Positions 1-9,078 of a stretch of 42,693 nucleotides of DNA are shown here, one piece after another. This DNA is from an uncultured bacterium (GTDB lineage: Bacteria; UBP4; UBA4092). The stretch lies in NCBI GenBank assembly GCA_964644695.1, contig CAZXWN010000017.1, positions 1 to 42,693 on the forward strand, given 5' to 3'. Both the position numbers and the translations under genes were made by a program. Position 1 is the stretch's first letter, and every line of letters begins with the position of its first letter. Below the pieces are notes generated by a model that was not told the DNA's origin, searched no databases, and saw only the letters and a list, made by a program, of their open reading frames with translations.

Positions 1-40
1 CCATACATATACCCCAATCTATATATAAGAAGATAATCCC

Positions 41-901
41 TTACGGGTTATAGGCCCGTCTGAAAGGGATTTGAGTCCGGTCAAAGGGTTTATAGTTTTC
101 GATACTGCCGACTCGTGCCAGTCTGAAGTATTTATGGAGAACCTTCCCACCGCAGTCCTCGAAATACTCCGTCCCATACCCTACGCCTCTGGAGTTGGAA
201 GAGAAATACTTGAACCCTGTGATTTTATTGTCCTTATCCCGTTTCCATTCAATGAAGATGACTGAATGACCGGATTTGTTGTTTCTGGAATAATCCAGGA
301 AATCTCCGGGGCGTGCCTCTTCCAGGTTCTCGATGGATTTCCCCAGACCATAAGCATTGATGCCATATTGCGGGGAGTCGCCGCTTCCTTCGATGTACCA
401 GAGTTGCAGCAGATTGAACAGGTCATAGAATCCCATCCCGTTGTAATTATCCGGATCTAATCCCTTCTGGATATTGCGGAACTGCATCGCCCGATAGAAT
501 ATTTCAAAGGTCAGTCCGCAACAATAGGAACATCGTGTCCAGTTGGGGTGAGCTTTGGCTACAATGCGGCCCTGATACCAGAGGTCTTGAGTGACTCCAT
601 TATACAGGTCATATTCGACCGGCGTACATCGGTAAGGGTAGGAACCATCGGTAGGATAACAGCTGATAATTGCCAGGACATAAGGATTGAGGGAACCTTC
701 TTCATCGTCCACCACGGGTTTTAACTGCGCGATATTCTTATCGACGGGGGTGAAGTTCCGTCCATCGACGGGATATTTCTGTTTCCTGAACCAGGCATTA
801 TCTTTCTTTGCCCGGTTTGGAGTGGTGGCACAACCTGTCAACAAAAGAATCATTCCGAGAGCCAGTAACAACATCATTGCAACATAAGGTGATTTAAACA
901 T
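41..901 (-). CDS. Lipoprotein with putative NlpC/P60-like (papain-fold) Cys/His amidase domain
   Basis: 286-aa ORF with GGAGG RBS and lipobox LTGC. Motifs SYCCGL...ARPGDFLDY...GHSVIF resemble the NlpC/P60 C...PGD...H layout. Confidence 0.6.
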   Translation of the reverse strand: MFKSPYVAMMLLLALGMILLLTGCATTPNRAKKDNAWFRKQKYPVDGRNFTPVDKNIAQLKPVVDDEEGSLNPYVLAIISCYPTDGSYPYRCTPVEYDLYNGVTQDLWYQGRIVAKAHPNWTRCSYCCGLTFEIFYRAMQFRNIQKGLDPDNYNGMGFYDLFNLLQLWYIEGSGDSPQYGINAYGLGKSIENLEEARPGDFLDYSRNNKSGHSVIFIEWKRDKDNKITGFKYFSSNSRGVGYGTEYFEDCGGKVLHKYFRLARVGSIENYKPFDRTQIPFRRAYNP

Positions 902-982
902 TTCTATTCCTCCAAAGATACTAAAACGATTCCAATTTTCGGCCTCTTGGGGTATCTATGTCAAGGGATATCATGGAGAAAT

Positions 983-1015
983 AAAAAACCCTCCAGGATA
1001 ACTCCCGGAGGGTTT
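983..1015 (-). terminator. Rho-independent terminator of the GH20 gene
   Basis: AAACCCTCC/GGAGGGTTT inverted repeat with a T-tract on the minus strand, about 15 nt after the stop codon. Confidence 0.8.
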
Positions 1016-1029
1016 GTACCTGAAACTTC

Positions 1030-3885
1030 TTAACGGGTTCCCGTTAACCCCAGTAAGGTGAAACCGGATTCTGTCTTATCGGAAATCATCTCAATGGAAA
1101 TGATTTGCTTTTCCGGGCTGGGATTGGTCCATTCTAATGTTCGCAATACGACGTGTTCCCCGGCCTTGTTGACGCCGCCCCAGGCCATATTAGCGCCGGT
1201 ACAGGCTCGGGTGTCATTCCATGCCGTGATGTTCTGCCCATAGATAACAGGGACTTCGGCTTTTGAGCCGTCTGCATACCTCATGACATAAGCACCTATC
1301 CTGTCGTCCAGATTGTCATTACGGACTGTTGTCTGCAGGAAGATGAGAGATTTGGCTTTGGTGTTTACGGGAATAACTGCTTTCCCGGGATAAATGGCAT
1401 CGACATCAAAACTGGACGCCAGCCGGAGGGCTGAAGGTTGGGCTGTCGAGGGACTCAATTTGAATTTGATACCCTTCAAAACAATCTCACCGGTGGGAGC
1501 GGAGGATAAATCCAGGTCAGGCCCATAACCCATCCAACCCGTTCCTTTGGGATTATCAGCCAGCTTCACATTATAGAGATTCTGGAGGTCAACTGTGAAT
1601 CCGTCTTTATTGACGGCTTCGGGTGCCTTCATATAGAAAGTCTGGTCAAATACACTTTCGGGTTTATAGGGAAGGTTCTCACCCAGAAGCTCCCCTGTAT
1701 TCCAGGCAAAATCACCGGCAGGAACAAGGGCGACAAACTGGTCTTTCTCTTTGATCAAGTTATCTTCATTGGAGTTGATGCCTGCCCAGATGGTGAGCAT
1801 GTGTCCCAAAGACCCATCGCGTTTTGCTTCACGGGTCAGGTCAGCAATATTCCGGGTATCTCGGAAGGAACAGCAGATAGTCTCAAATCCTTCTTTCTCA
1901 AAAAGGGCTATGGACCGATACCCTTCCTTGGGTGCGATGGGATAATGCCAGTCGGCAATGATGATATTTTTGGCAAGGCCCGCTCTGCGTTTCTTTGCCT
2001 GCGCCGCATCGGGAGCGTTGGCGATCGCCGCCGCTTCCTCCGGAGCAATCAACATATCGCCCCACATGATGGCCTGGATACCCTGTTTGTTTAAGAAGGC
2101 ATTGATTTTGTTTGTATCATCAATGATGATTTGATTCATTCCCTTTTTCTTACATGCTGCACAGTTAGGGAATGTGCCGGAGTTGGCAACTTCATCATGT
2201 CCGATATGGAAATATCTGGGATGGTCAAACAACTCAATGGCTTCATTCATGATACTGAAGACATAATCATAGGTTTTTGGATTAGACGCGCAATAGGCAT
2301 AAGGTATCGCTGTGTCTTCACAGATATCCAGATTTTGATTATTCTTAAAGGCCCAGTTGAAATGTCCCAGTGTTGATAAACTGGGGATGACTTCCAGATG
2401 ATTCTTCCGGGCATAAGCAATATCTTTTTTCAGGTCTTCCTGAGACATGGCGGATTCTACGGCCTGTAATGGATTCGTTTTCCATTGCACATAATCGCAA
2501 TGAATAAACAGGGTATTGTATTTATATTTGGTGAGCAGTTGGTCAATCAGTTTCTTGTGATAGGGCAGCGCCTTGTTTCCGGTGTATAACATCACACTCC
2601 GGAACTTCATGGTCGGCCAGTCCTCCACCGTACAGGCATGGACCTGCGGCTTTCCTGTTTTATCGGGATACACTAACTGCCGCAAGGACTGGATTCCATA
2701 AAAGGTCCCTGCCTCATCAGCCCCCGCAATCAAGACATAATCAGGCGTGACCTTGAGGGCGTAACCTTCACTCTTGTTCGGAGGGATGATGTTTGCACGG
2801 GCGGACAGTTTCAGCAGTATCCGGTTACGAGTCCATTCACCCACTACAATGATGTTTTTATCCGAAGTGACCTGACTTTCCCGTACAGTCTTCAGATTCA
2901 GTTTATAAATCTCAGCGATTTCACGCGTGAGGAGTTCTGCGCCGGAGAGGTCTTTCTCTGTGGCCTCATCGGTGACCACGATTTGAGTGTCTTTATTGAT
3001 GAGGAAATATCCCGTCTGAGCGGACAGGCTTTTAGGTTCAGGAATAATCAGGAGGTCTCCTCCGGGAGAAGTGAAAGCCTCTTTGACGGGAGTGACTTGG
3101 ACCGATTTCCCCTGAGGATTTCTGACGGTACGCTTCGGGAGTGGGGCAGGGTCGATACTTAGAGTAACGGTTTGTGAATATTTCTTACCGGGTTCCATCT
3201 TCTTGTTAAAGATGCCGGACCATAATACAGGTGCTTTCCGGGCAAAAGGATGGGGACCGCCACGGAATTCCAGAAGCATAAGGCCCGCCAAATCACCGGA
3301 TACATTGACGCGCATTTTTCCCAGTGCCGTATCAAAAGTTCCCTCTTGATACAGACGGTCAGCATAATTCAAATCTATTTTGGCGCCGGTAATTTTGAAG
3401 ACTCCCGTCTTCACGGTGTTATTACATTTCAAAGTGTAGGGTCTTCCTGCCAGCAGCTGACCGGATAAGTATCCGAAACAATAATCCATCAGACCATTGG
3501 AAACATCGGGAGACATGGCATAATCCCATTGGAATGTCGCCTTATTGTTGAGCAGGTGGATGGTTTGTGTTCCATTGAAGGCTTTACAGTTCAGATGGAT
3601 TTGGACTTCTTTACCCCCGGTGATATCGCGGGTGTTTACCTTGACCGGGCCTTTGGAGAATGAAATCATGGAATTGCTTCCCTGCCCGCTGTTAATATCC
3701 ATGGTGGAGAACCGGATAATGTTTATACCCTTATAACTCAGGTTGACCCCGTTGTTGGGAGAGAAGTTGAAAACCCAGTCGCCGGATTTGAGGTCACGGA
3801 TGGTATCTGTTTTTACCTCCGCACTGAAACATACTGTCGCCAGTAATGCGACAATCACACACAAGAACCCTAACCGATAACGCAT
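1030..3885 (-). CDS. Secreted multidomain GH20 beta-N-acetylhexosaminidase-like protein
   Basis: Signal peptide; GH20b domain (IIPEP...EGYALKV...GTFYGIQSLRQL); DWPTMKFR; catalytic HIGHDE; IMWGDM; DWHY; C-terminal beta domain (YADGS...WTNPSPEK). Confidence 0.85.
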   Translation of the reverse strand: MRYRLGFLCVIVALLATVCFSAEVKTDTIRDLKSGDWVFNFSPNNGVNLSYKGINIIRFSTMDINSGQGSNSMISFSKGPVKVNTRDITGGKEVQIHLNCKAFNGTQTIHLLNNKATFQWDYAMSPDVSNGLMDYCFGYLSGQLLAGRPYTLKCNNTVKTGVFKITGAKIDLNYADRLYQEGTFDTALGKMRVNVSGDLAGLMLLEFRGGPHPFARKAPVLWSGIFNKKMEPGKKYSQTVTLSIDPAPLPKRTVRNPQGKSVQVTPVKEAFTSPGGDLLIIPEPKSLSAQTGYFLINKDTQIVVTDEATEKDLSGAELLTREIAEIYKLNLKTVRESQVTSDKNIIVVGEWTRNRILLKLSARANIIPPNKSEGYALKVTPDYVLIAGADEAGTFYGIQSLRQLVYPDKTGKPQVHACTVEDWPTMKFRSVMLYTGNKALPYHKKLIDQLLTKYKYNTLFIHCDYVQWKTNPLQAVESAMSQEDLKKDIAYARKNHLEVIPSLSTLGHFNWAFKNNQNLDICEDTAIPYAYCASNPKTYDYVFSIMNEAIELFDHPRYFHIGHDEVANSGTFPNCAACKKKGMNQIIIDDTNKINAFLNKQGIQAIMWGDMLIAPEEAAAIANAPDAAQAKKRRAGLAKNIIIADWHYPIAPKEGYRSIALFEKEGFETICCSFRDTRNIADLTREAKRDGSLGHMLTIWAGINSNEDNLIKEKDQFVALVPAGDFAWNTGELLGENLPYKPESVFDQTFYMKAPEAVNKDGFTVDLQNLYNVKLADNPKGTGWMGYGPDLDLSSAPTGEIVLKGIKFKLSPSTAQPSALRLASSFDVDAIYPGKAVIPVNTKAKSLIFLQTTVRNDNLDDRIGAYVMRYADGSKAEVPVIYGQNITAWNDTRACTGANMAWGGVNKAGEHVVLRTLEWTNPSPEKQIISIEMISDKTESGFTLLGLTGTR

Positions 3886-4059
3886 AATGATTTCCTTTCC
3901 AGTCTATACGCCTGTTATACAGGCAATATTAAAATAAATTTATACTGTTGGAAAATACAATCGTGCGGTTCTCGGTACCCTGATTAGAACTAAACATACG
4001 CAAATGATAAATAAAAGACAGTATTATTATATGGGTTTTCAGCAAGCAAGTCAGTATGT

Positions 4060-4097
4060 AAAAAACTCCGCCGGACCTGGGAAGATTCGGCGGAGTT
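4060..4097 (-). terminator. Rho-independent terminator of the RND operon
   Basis: AACTCCGCCG/CGGCGGAGTT stem with a T-tract on the minus strand. Confidence 0.75.
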
Positions 4098-4118
4098 CTT
4101 TGCTGCTTAATTGGTTAG

Positions 4119-7100
4119 CTATTCCTTAGTGGGCGGTTCATCCTCTGGGGCAGAGGCGGCCGGTTTGGTTTCTTCCTCTTGGATTATCTGTTCCTTGACC
4201 GGGGTGTCCACCACTGGGTCCGGTTGAGGGACACTTAAGGGACCCTTCCATTTGATAATCTTTAAGTCGAGGACACAAATGGCATAGAAGGTCGGCACCA
4301 GTAACAGGGTGATGAAGGTGGCTACCGTCAGCCCTCCTATTTGGGCATAACATAGAGGTTCCCATAACGGGCCCCCATGTAAAGCCAGTGGGAACAGAGC
4401 CAAGACTAAAGCCAGTACCGTGATCATGACGGGCCGAAGCCGGATGATTCCGGCATCCACCAGGGCCAGAGGGAGACATTCTCCTTCATCGTGTTTTTCT
4501 TCAATGAAGTCAAACAGCACTATGACATGGGATACGATGATTCCTATCAGAGAGGCGCATCCCAGGAAGGCCATAAATCCAAAGGGTGAGCCCATGATCC
4601 ACAATGCAATCACCGCCCCCATCATTCCAAAGGGAATGGCGGCAAAGACAATAAAGGGCTTGATGGCATTCTTGAATTGAAGTACCAGAGCCAGATAAAT
4701 CAGGAGTATGGAAACCATCATGACAATGGCCAACTCCGCAAATCCTTTGACCTGTTCTTCATATTCACCGCCATATTCCAGGCCATACCCCGGAGGTAGC
4801 TTGGAGGCAAATTTATCCCGTTTCGGTTTGATTTCTTTCATGACTTCAGAGGCCAGCACACCGGAACTGGGGAAACAGGAGACGGTAATCGTTCGGAACT
4901 GATTCCTCCGGTGGATATTGGAGAGTTCCATATTGTATTTGATATCGGAGATTTCCCGAAGTTGTACCTTCTGAGGTGATATGACGGAATAGACATACAG
5001 GTTCTTGATATCGGACAACTGCGCTCGTTCTTCCATGCGGAGCCGGACAACGACCGGGATTTGTTTATCCCCTTCCCGTAATACGGTGACTGGAATACCG
5101 GACATCCCGGCAGCTGAAGATAAAGCTACATCCAGATTAGTGATACCCACCATATTGGCACGGTCTGGATCCACCTGCAGGTCAACCGCGAAGGATTCCT
5201 GGTCCCAGTCATCTCGGACCCGTTGTGCCAGAGGGGTGGACCGTAAAACAGTCTTGACCTGTTCCGCATAATTCCGGAGTGTCTGGATATCGGACCCATG
5301 TATCCGGATGGATACCGGGCGGCCTACGGGTTTACCGGTCTCCAGTTGTCGGACATCCACTCGTGCCCCCGGGACTCGTGACTGAAGTGCTTCCTGTAAG
5401 GGCGTCACCAGGAGATTTGTATCATGTTTATCTTTGACCTGAAGAATGATTTGAGCATAATTGAGCTGCTGGATTTCCGGTTCTACTGAGAACCAGAACC
5501 GGGGTCCTCCCCCTCCCACAAATGTGGTGAGGGACCGTAAAACCTGACGGGGTTTCCCGTCTTTCCCGGGATGAGTCTGGCTGTATTTATCACAGACTTC
5601 CCGAATGATGTTCTCGGCTTCGCGGCTGATGAGATTCGTTTTTTCCATCGGAGCATCGGCGGGCAGCCACACATCCACATAAGACAGGTAACTGAGGTCT
5701 TTTGCAAAAAACTGGGGTTTCAATTGGACAAAAAACAGAGACCCGATAATTAAGAAAATCATGGAAAATCCAAGAACCATCCACCGGTGTTTGATGGAGT
5801 ACATTCCCACTTTTGAATACCATCCGGAGAACCCTTGAGTTCGTCTAATGGCCATTGGAGGATGATGCTTTTTGGGAGGAACTAAGAGATAGTTAGACAA
5901 GAAAGGAATAAACATCATGGCGACTATGTAAGAGGCCACCAGTGAACAGGCCAGTACGACAGGCAGTGAATACAAAAACCGTCCGACATTCCCGGACAAC
6001 AGAAGCATCGGAAGATAAGCCACGATGTTAGTCAGTGTGGCAAATAAAATAGCCTTGGCCAGTTTCGTGGGCCCGAGCCATGAGGCGGTGAAATGATCAA
6101 CACCATTTTCCATTTCCCGTTTTACGGCATCTCCAGATACGACAGGGACATCTACCAGCAGACCCAGAGCGATAATCATGGACCCGATGGATACGAACTG
6201 AATATCCAGACCTAACAGGGACATCATCCCGAAAGTCATGGCTAAAGTCAGAGGGATGGAAAGAGACATTAAGACGGCGGCGCGCCATTCCCAGAACCCG
6301 ATAAAGGCAACCAGGACAACTAAGATGACCGCTTCATAAAGTGCCTGCATGAACAGGTCCACGGTTTCCTCTGTCTGAAGGGGTTGGTCGGATGTCCGGG
6401 ATATGACTAAATCATCAGGCAACTGTTTCTGGAGTTCATTGAGAGCTTTATCCACTCTTTTGCCGAAATCTCCAATTTGTTCACCCTGTTTCATTTGAAC
6501 AGAAAGAGTAATGGCTCGGGAGCGCTGCCATTGTCCATGGGCATCTTTCCATGTGTAATAGTTCAGGTATCGGGAAGGCTTTTGATAATCCCGGCTGATT
6601 TCTACTAAGTCCCGGAGATATACCGGAGACCCGGTGGAGGAGGCCGATATCATCACATTCCCGATTTCACGGTAATTGGTGAATTCTCCAGACGGATTGA
6701 TGGACAGGTTTTTTCCATCCACTTCCAGTGTTCCGCCGGGGAACGTAATATTCCGGGCATTTAATAAATCTTTTAACTGGGCCGGCTGGATACCATAACT
6801 GGCTAACCGTTCCTGAGAGTAATCAAGATAAACGGTTTCCGGTAACAGGCCTGCTCTTTCTACTTTGGAGACCAGTGGGATTCCCTGTATGGTTCTGCGG
6901 ATCAAGTCTGTGTATCGGTCCAGTTCCTGATAGGTATATTTATCACCGGAGGCCTCAGTGAGTTTTTGAGATATTTCGTTGGGGTCACGGAAACATATTC
7001 CACCCCAGGCATCCGGGGGTATTTCCGTGGCGCGCAGTCGGTCGCTGATGAATTCGACAATCAACGCCCGGGCTTCTTCATCGGTTCCGGTGAACTGTGA

Positions 7101-7808
7101 ATCAATGGCGACAAATCCAGGGCCTTGCACGGATCGTATATCGACATTGTGTCCCTTGGACTTCAGGAACGTTGAGAAGTTCTGGATTAACCGGTTCGGA
7201 CTGCGTGGGTCCAGTGTTCGGGGCAGACACGCCGCCCAGGTCATTCTGGAATTAGACAGGGAAGCAGGAATACCTGCTCGTAATCGCTGGATGGCATTCT
7301 TTAAGGAGGTGGTGCGGAGTTTGATTTCAGTCGGGTCTGCTTTGGGACTGGCAACCGTCAACATCAATGCGGCGGTGTCACCAAAGTCTTTATTAAACAT
7401 GATGGGTTGGCAGCCATCAGGCAGGTCTTTGATACTGTCGAGCTTGATTTTAATATCATCGAAATCTTTACCCGGTTCATTGATTTTCTCGATGAGCCGG
7501 ATATAGACAATAGAGATACTGTTTCGGGACACAGAATCAACGCGTTCTACCTTGGAGTTCTGCATCACCTTTTCTTCTATCTTCCGGGTGACCAGCTGCT
7601 CTACTTTTTCGGCAGAAGCCCCCGGCCATACCGTTACCGCTACGGCAATGTGGACCGGTGTTTCAGGGTCTTTCCGTTTGGGCATGTGGATATACCCATA
7701 CACGCCCCAGATAAAGACCATGATAAGAAGTACCCAAGTGATTTGCCTGTTCTCGACAAAAAACCGTGAGAAGTTCCATGTGGGTTTTTGTTTATCAGTT
7801 TGAGTCAT
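4119..7808 (-). CDS. RND efflux permease (AcrB/AcrD/AcrF family) with ~135-aa periplasmic insertion
   Basis: WPGASAEKVEQLVT motif, 12-TM pattern, GLLVD and RLRPVMIT motifs; 1229 aa; third gene of the tolC-MFP-RND cluster. Confidence 0.93.
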   Translation of the reverse strand: MTQTDKQKPTWNFSRFFVENRQITWVLLIMVFIWGVYGYIHMPKRKDPETPVHIAVAVTVWPGASAEKVEQLVTRKIEEKVMQNSKVERVDSVSRNSISIVYIRLIEKINEPGKDFDDIKIKLDSIKDLPDGCQPIMFNKDFGDTAALMLTVASPKADPTEIKLRTTSLKNAIQRLRAGIPASLSNSRMTWAACLPRTLDPRSPNRLIQNFSTFLKSKGHNVDIRSVQGPGFVAIDSQFTGTDEEARALIVEFISDRLRATEIPPDAWGGICFRDPNEISQKLTEASGDKYTYQELDRYTDLIRRTIQGIPLVSKVERAGLLPETVYLDYSQERLASYGIQPAQLKDLLNARNITFPGGTLEVDGKNLSINPSGEFTNYREIGNVMISASSTGSPVYLRDLVEISRDYQKPSRYLNYYTWKDAHGQWQRSRAITLSVQMKQGEQIGDFGKRVDKALNELQKQLPDDLVISRTSDQPLQTEETVDLFMQALYEAVILVVLVAFIGFWEWRAAVLMSLSIPLTLAMTFGMMSLLGLDIQFVSIGSMIIALGLLVDVPVVSGDAVKREMENGVDHFTASWLGPTKLAKAILFATLTNIVAYLPMLLLSGNVGRFLYSLPVVLACSLVASYIVAMMFIPFLSNYLLVPPKKHHPPMAIRRTQGFSGWYSKVGMYSIKHRWMVLGFSMIFLIIGSLFFVQLKPQFFAKDLSYLSYVDVWLPADAPMEKTNLISREAENIIREVCDKYSQTHPGKDGKPRQVLRSLTTFVGGGGPRFWFSVEPEIQQLNYAQIILQVKDKHDTNLLVTPLQEALQSRVPGARVDVRQLETGKPVGRPVSIRIHGSDIQTLRNYAEQVKTVLRSTPLAQRVRDDWDQESFAVDLQVDPDRANMVGITNLDVALSSAAGMSGIPVTVLREGDKQIPVVVRLRMEERAQLSDIKNLYVYSVISPQKVQLREISDIKYNMELSNIHRRNQFRTITVSCFPSSGVLASEVMKEIKPKRDKFASKLPPGYGLEYGGEYEEQVKGFAELAIVMMVSILLIYLALVLQFKNAIKPFIVFAAIPFGMMGAVIALWIMGSPFGFMAFLGCASLIGIIVSHVIVLFDFIEEKHDEGECLPLALVDAGIIRLRPVMITVLALVLALFPLALHGGPLWEPLCYAQIGGLTVATFITLLLVPTFYAICVLDLKIIKWKGPLSVPQPDPVVDTPVKEQIIQEEETKPAASAPEDEPPTKE

Positions 7809-7836
7809 AATTTATCAGCCTTTACAGAAAAGTCCG

Positions 7837-9060
7837 TTATTGAGTAACGAAACGGATTTCATCCCCTTCGTGGAGAATCTGGGCACCGTCTGATATGACG
7901 GACTCTCCCTGTTGGAGGCCGGATAATACCGCAATGGTATTGCCATAGGTATCTCCGAGGGTAACACTCCGGGCCTGCGCAATGGTTTTACCATTGTCTG
8001 TGGTGGGAATATAGACGGCAAACTCTTCCGGGTTCACAGGTGATTTAACAATACAGGTCAATGGAACCACCATTACGGGTGTATCCAGCTTCGGAGAAGA
8101 TAATTCGACGGTGGCAATCATCCCGGGTTTGAGATCCCCTTTGAGGTTTGGTATGGAGAGTTCTACATCAAAGACGCGGCTGTGCGGGTCTGCACCGGGA
8201 GCAATCTGAGTGATAGTTCCATAGTAATCCTGATTGAGTTGAGATTGAGTCGTGACCAGATATTTCTGTCCAATAGATAAACCCTGAACAACGGTATCTG
8301 GAACACCAAACACGACTTTGACCGTTCGGACATCCGACAGGATAAAACCCGGGGTCCCCGGCCCAACAAGTACTCCGGCCTCCACCATCTTCTTCATAAT
8401 AACTCCGGAGATGGGGGCAGTTAACCGTGAATCTCCAAAGGCGACTTCGGCTTCCCGAACAACCGCCTGAGCCGCTTGATACTGTGCCTGATTAGAGGCA
8501 AGACCTGCTTCGGCTTCGGTGACTTTGGCCGTCATTACATCCAGTTGTGCGCGGGCGGCATCATAGTCTGGTTTGGTTAAAGCTCGGTTATTGTAAAGAG
8601 CTTGAGCCCGGTCAAAATCCAGTTTAGCTTTTTGTAATCCGGCTTTTGTTTGTTGCAGCAGCGCCAGCGAACTGGCAATACCCTGATTAGCTTTTGCAGC
8701 ATTTGCCTTTGCCTGATCCAGCTTCACCTGATAGTCAGAAGAACGGAGTGTCGCCAGAGTCATACCGATACGGATGACATCCCCTTCTTTGATTTCACGG
8801 CCGGAGATTTTCCCCAGAGTTTGGATATATCCTCCCACTTTGAAGGCCACAGGAACTGTTTTTCCCGGGAGAATGTTTGCCGAATATTTAGAAGTTTCGG
8901 GGCCAGCGTATTGTCCGACCTTTACCATACGGACCGGTACCGGAGGTGTCGCTGGTGCAGACTTACTCTTACATCCTGCGGTCATTATCAAAAGGATAGT
9001 AATACTGGTCAGAATCAGGATTCGTTTGGGAGTGCTCAGGGTTTGCATCGTTTCTTCCAC
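7837..9060 (-). CDS. RND efflux periplasmic adaptor (membrane fusion protein), probable lipoprotein
   Basis: Lipobox TAGC, lipoyl halves (FKVGGYI; LTAPISGVI), coiled-coil hairpin, LKPGM, VLSGLQQGESVI. Confidence 0.92.
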   Translation of the reverse strand: MEETMQTLSTPKRILILTSITILLIMTAGCKSKSAPATPPVPVRMVKVGQYAGPETSKYSANILPGKTVPVAFKVGGYIQTLGKISGREIKEGDVIRIGMTLATLRSSDYQVKLDQAKANAAKANQGIASSLALLQQTKAGLQKAKLDFDRAQALYNNRALTKPDYDAARAQLDVMTAKVTEAEAGLASNQAQYQAAQAVVREAEVAFGDSRLTAPISGVIMKKMVEAGVLVGPGTPGFILSDVRTVKVVFGVPDTVVQGLSIGQKYLVTTQSQLNQDYYGTITQIAPGADPHSRVFDVELSIPNLKGDLKPGMIATVELSSPKLDTPVMVVPLTCIVKSPVNPEEFAVYIPTTDNGKTIAQARSVTLGDTYGNTIAVLSGLQQGESVISDGAQILHEGDEIRFVTQ

Positions 9061-9078
9061 CTTAAGTAATCAGAATCT

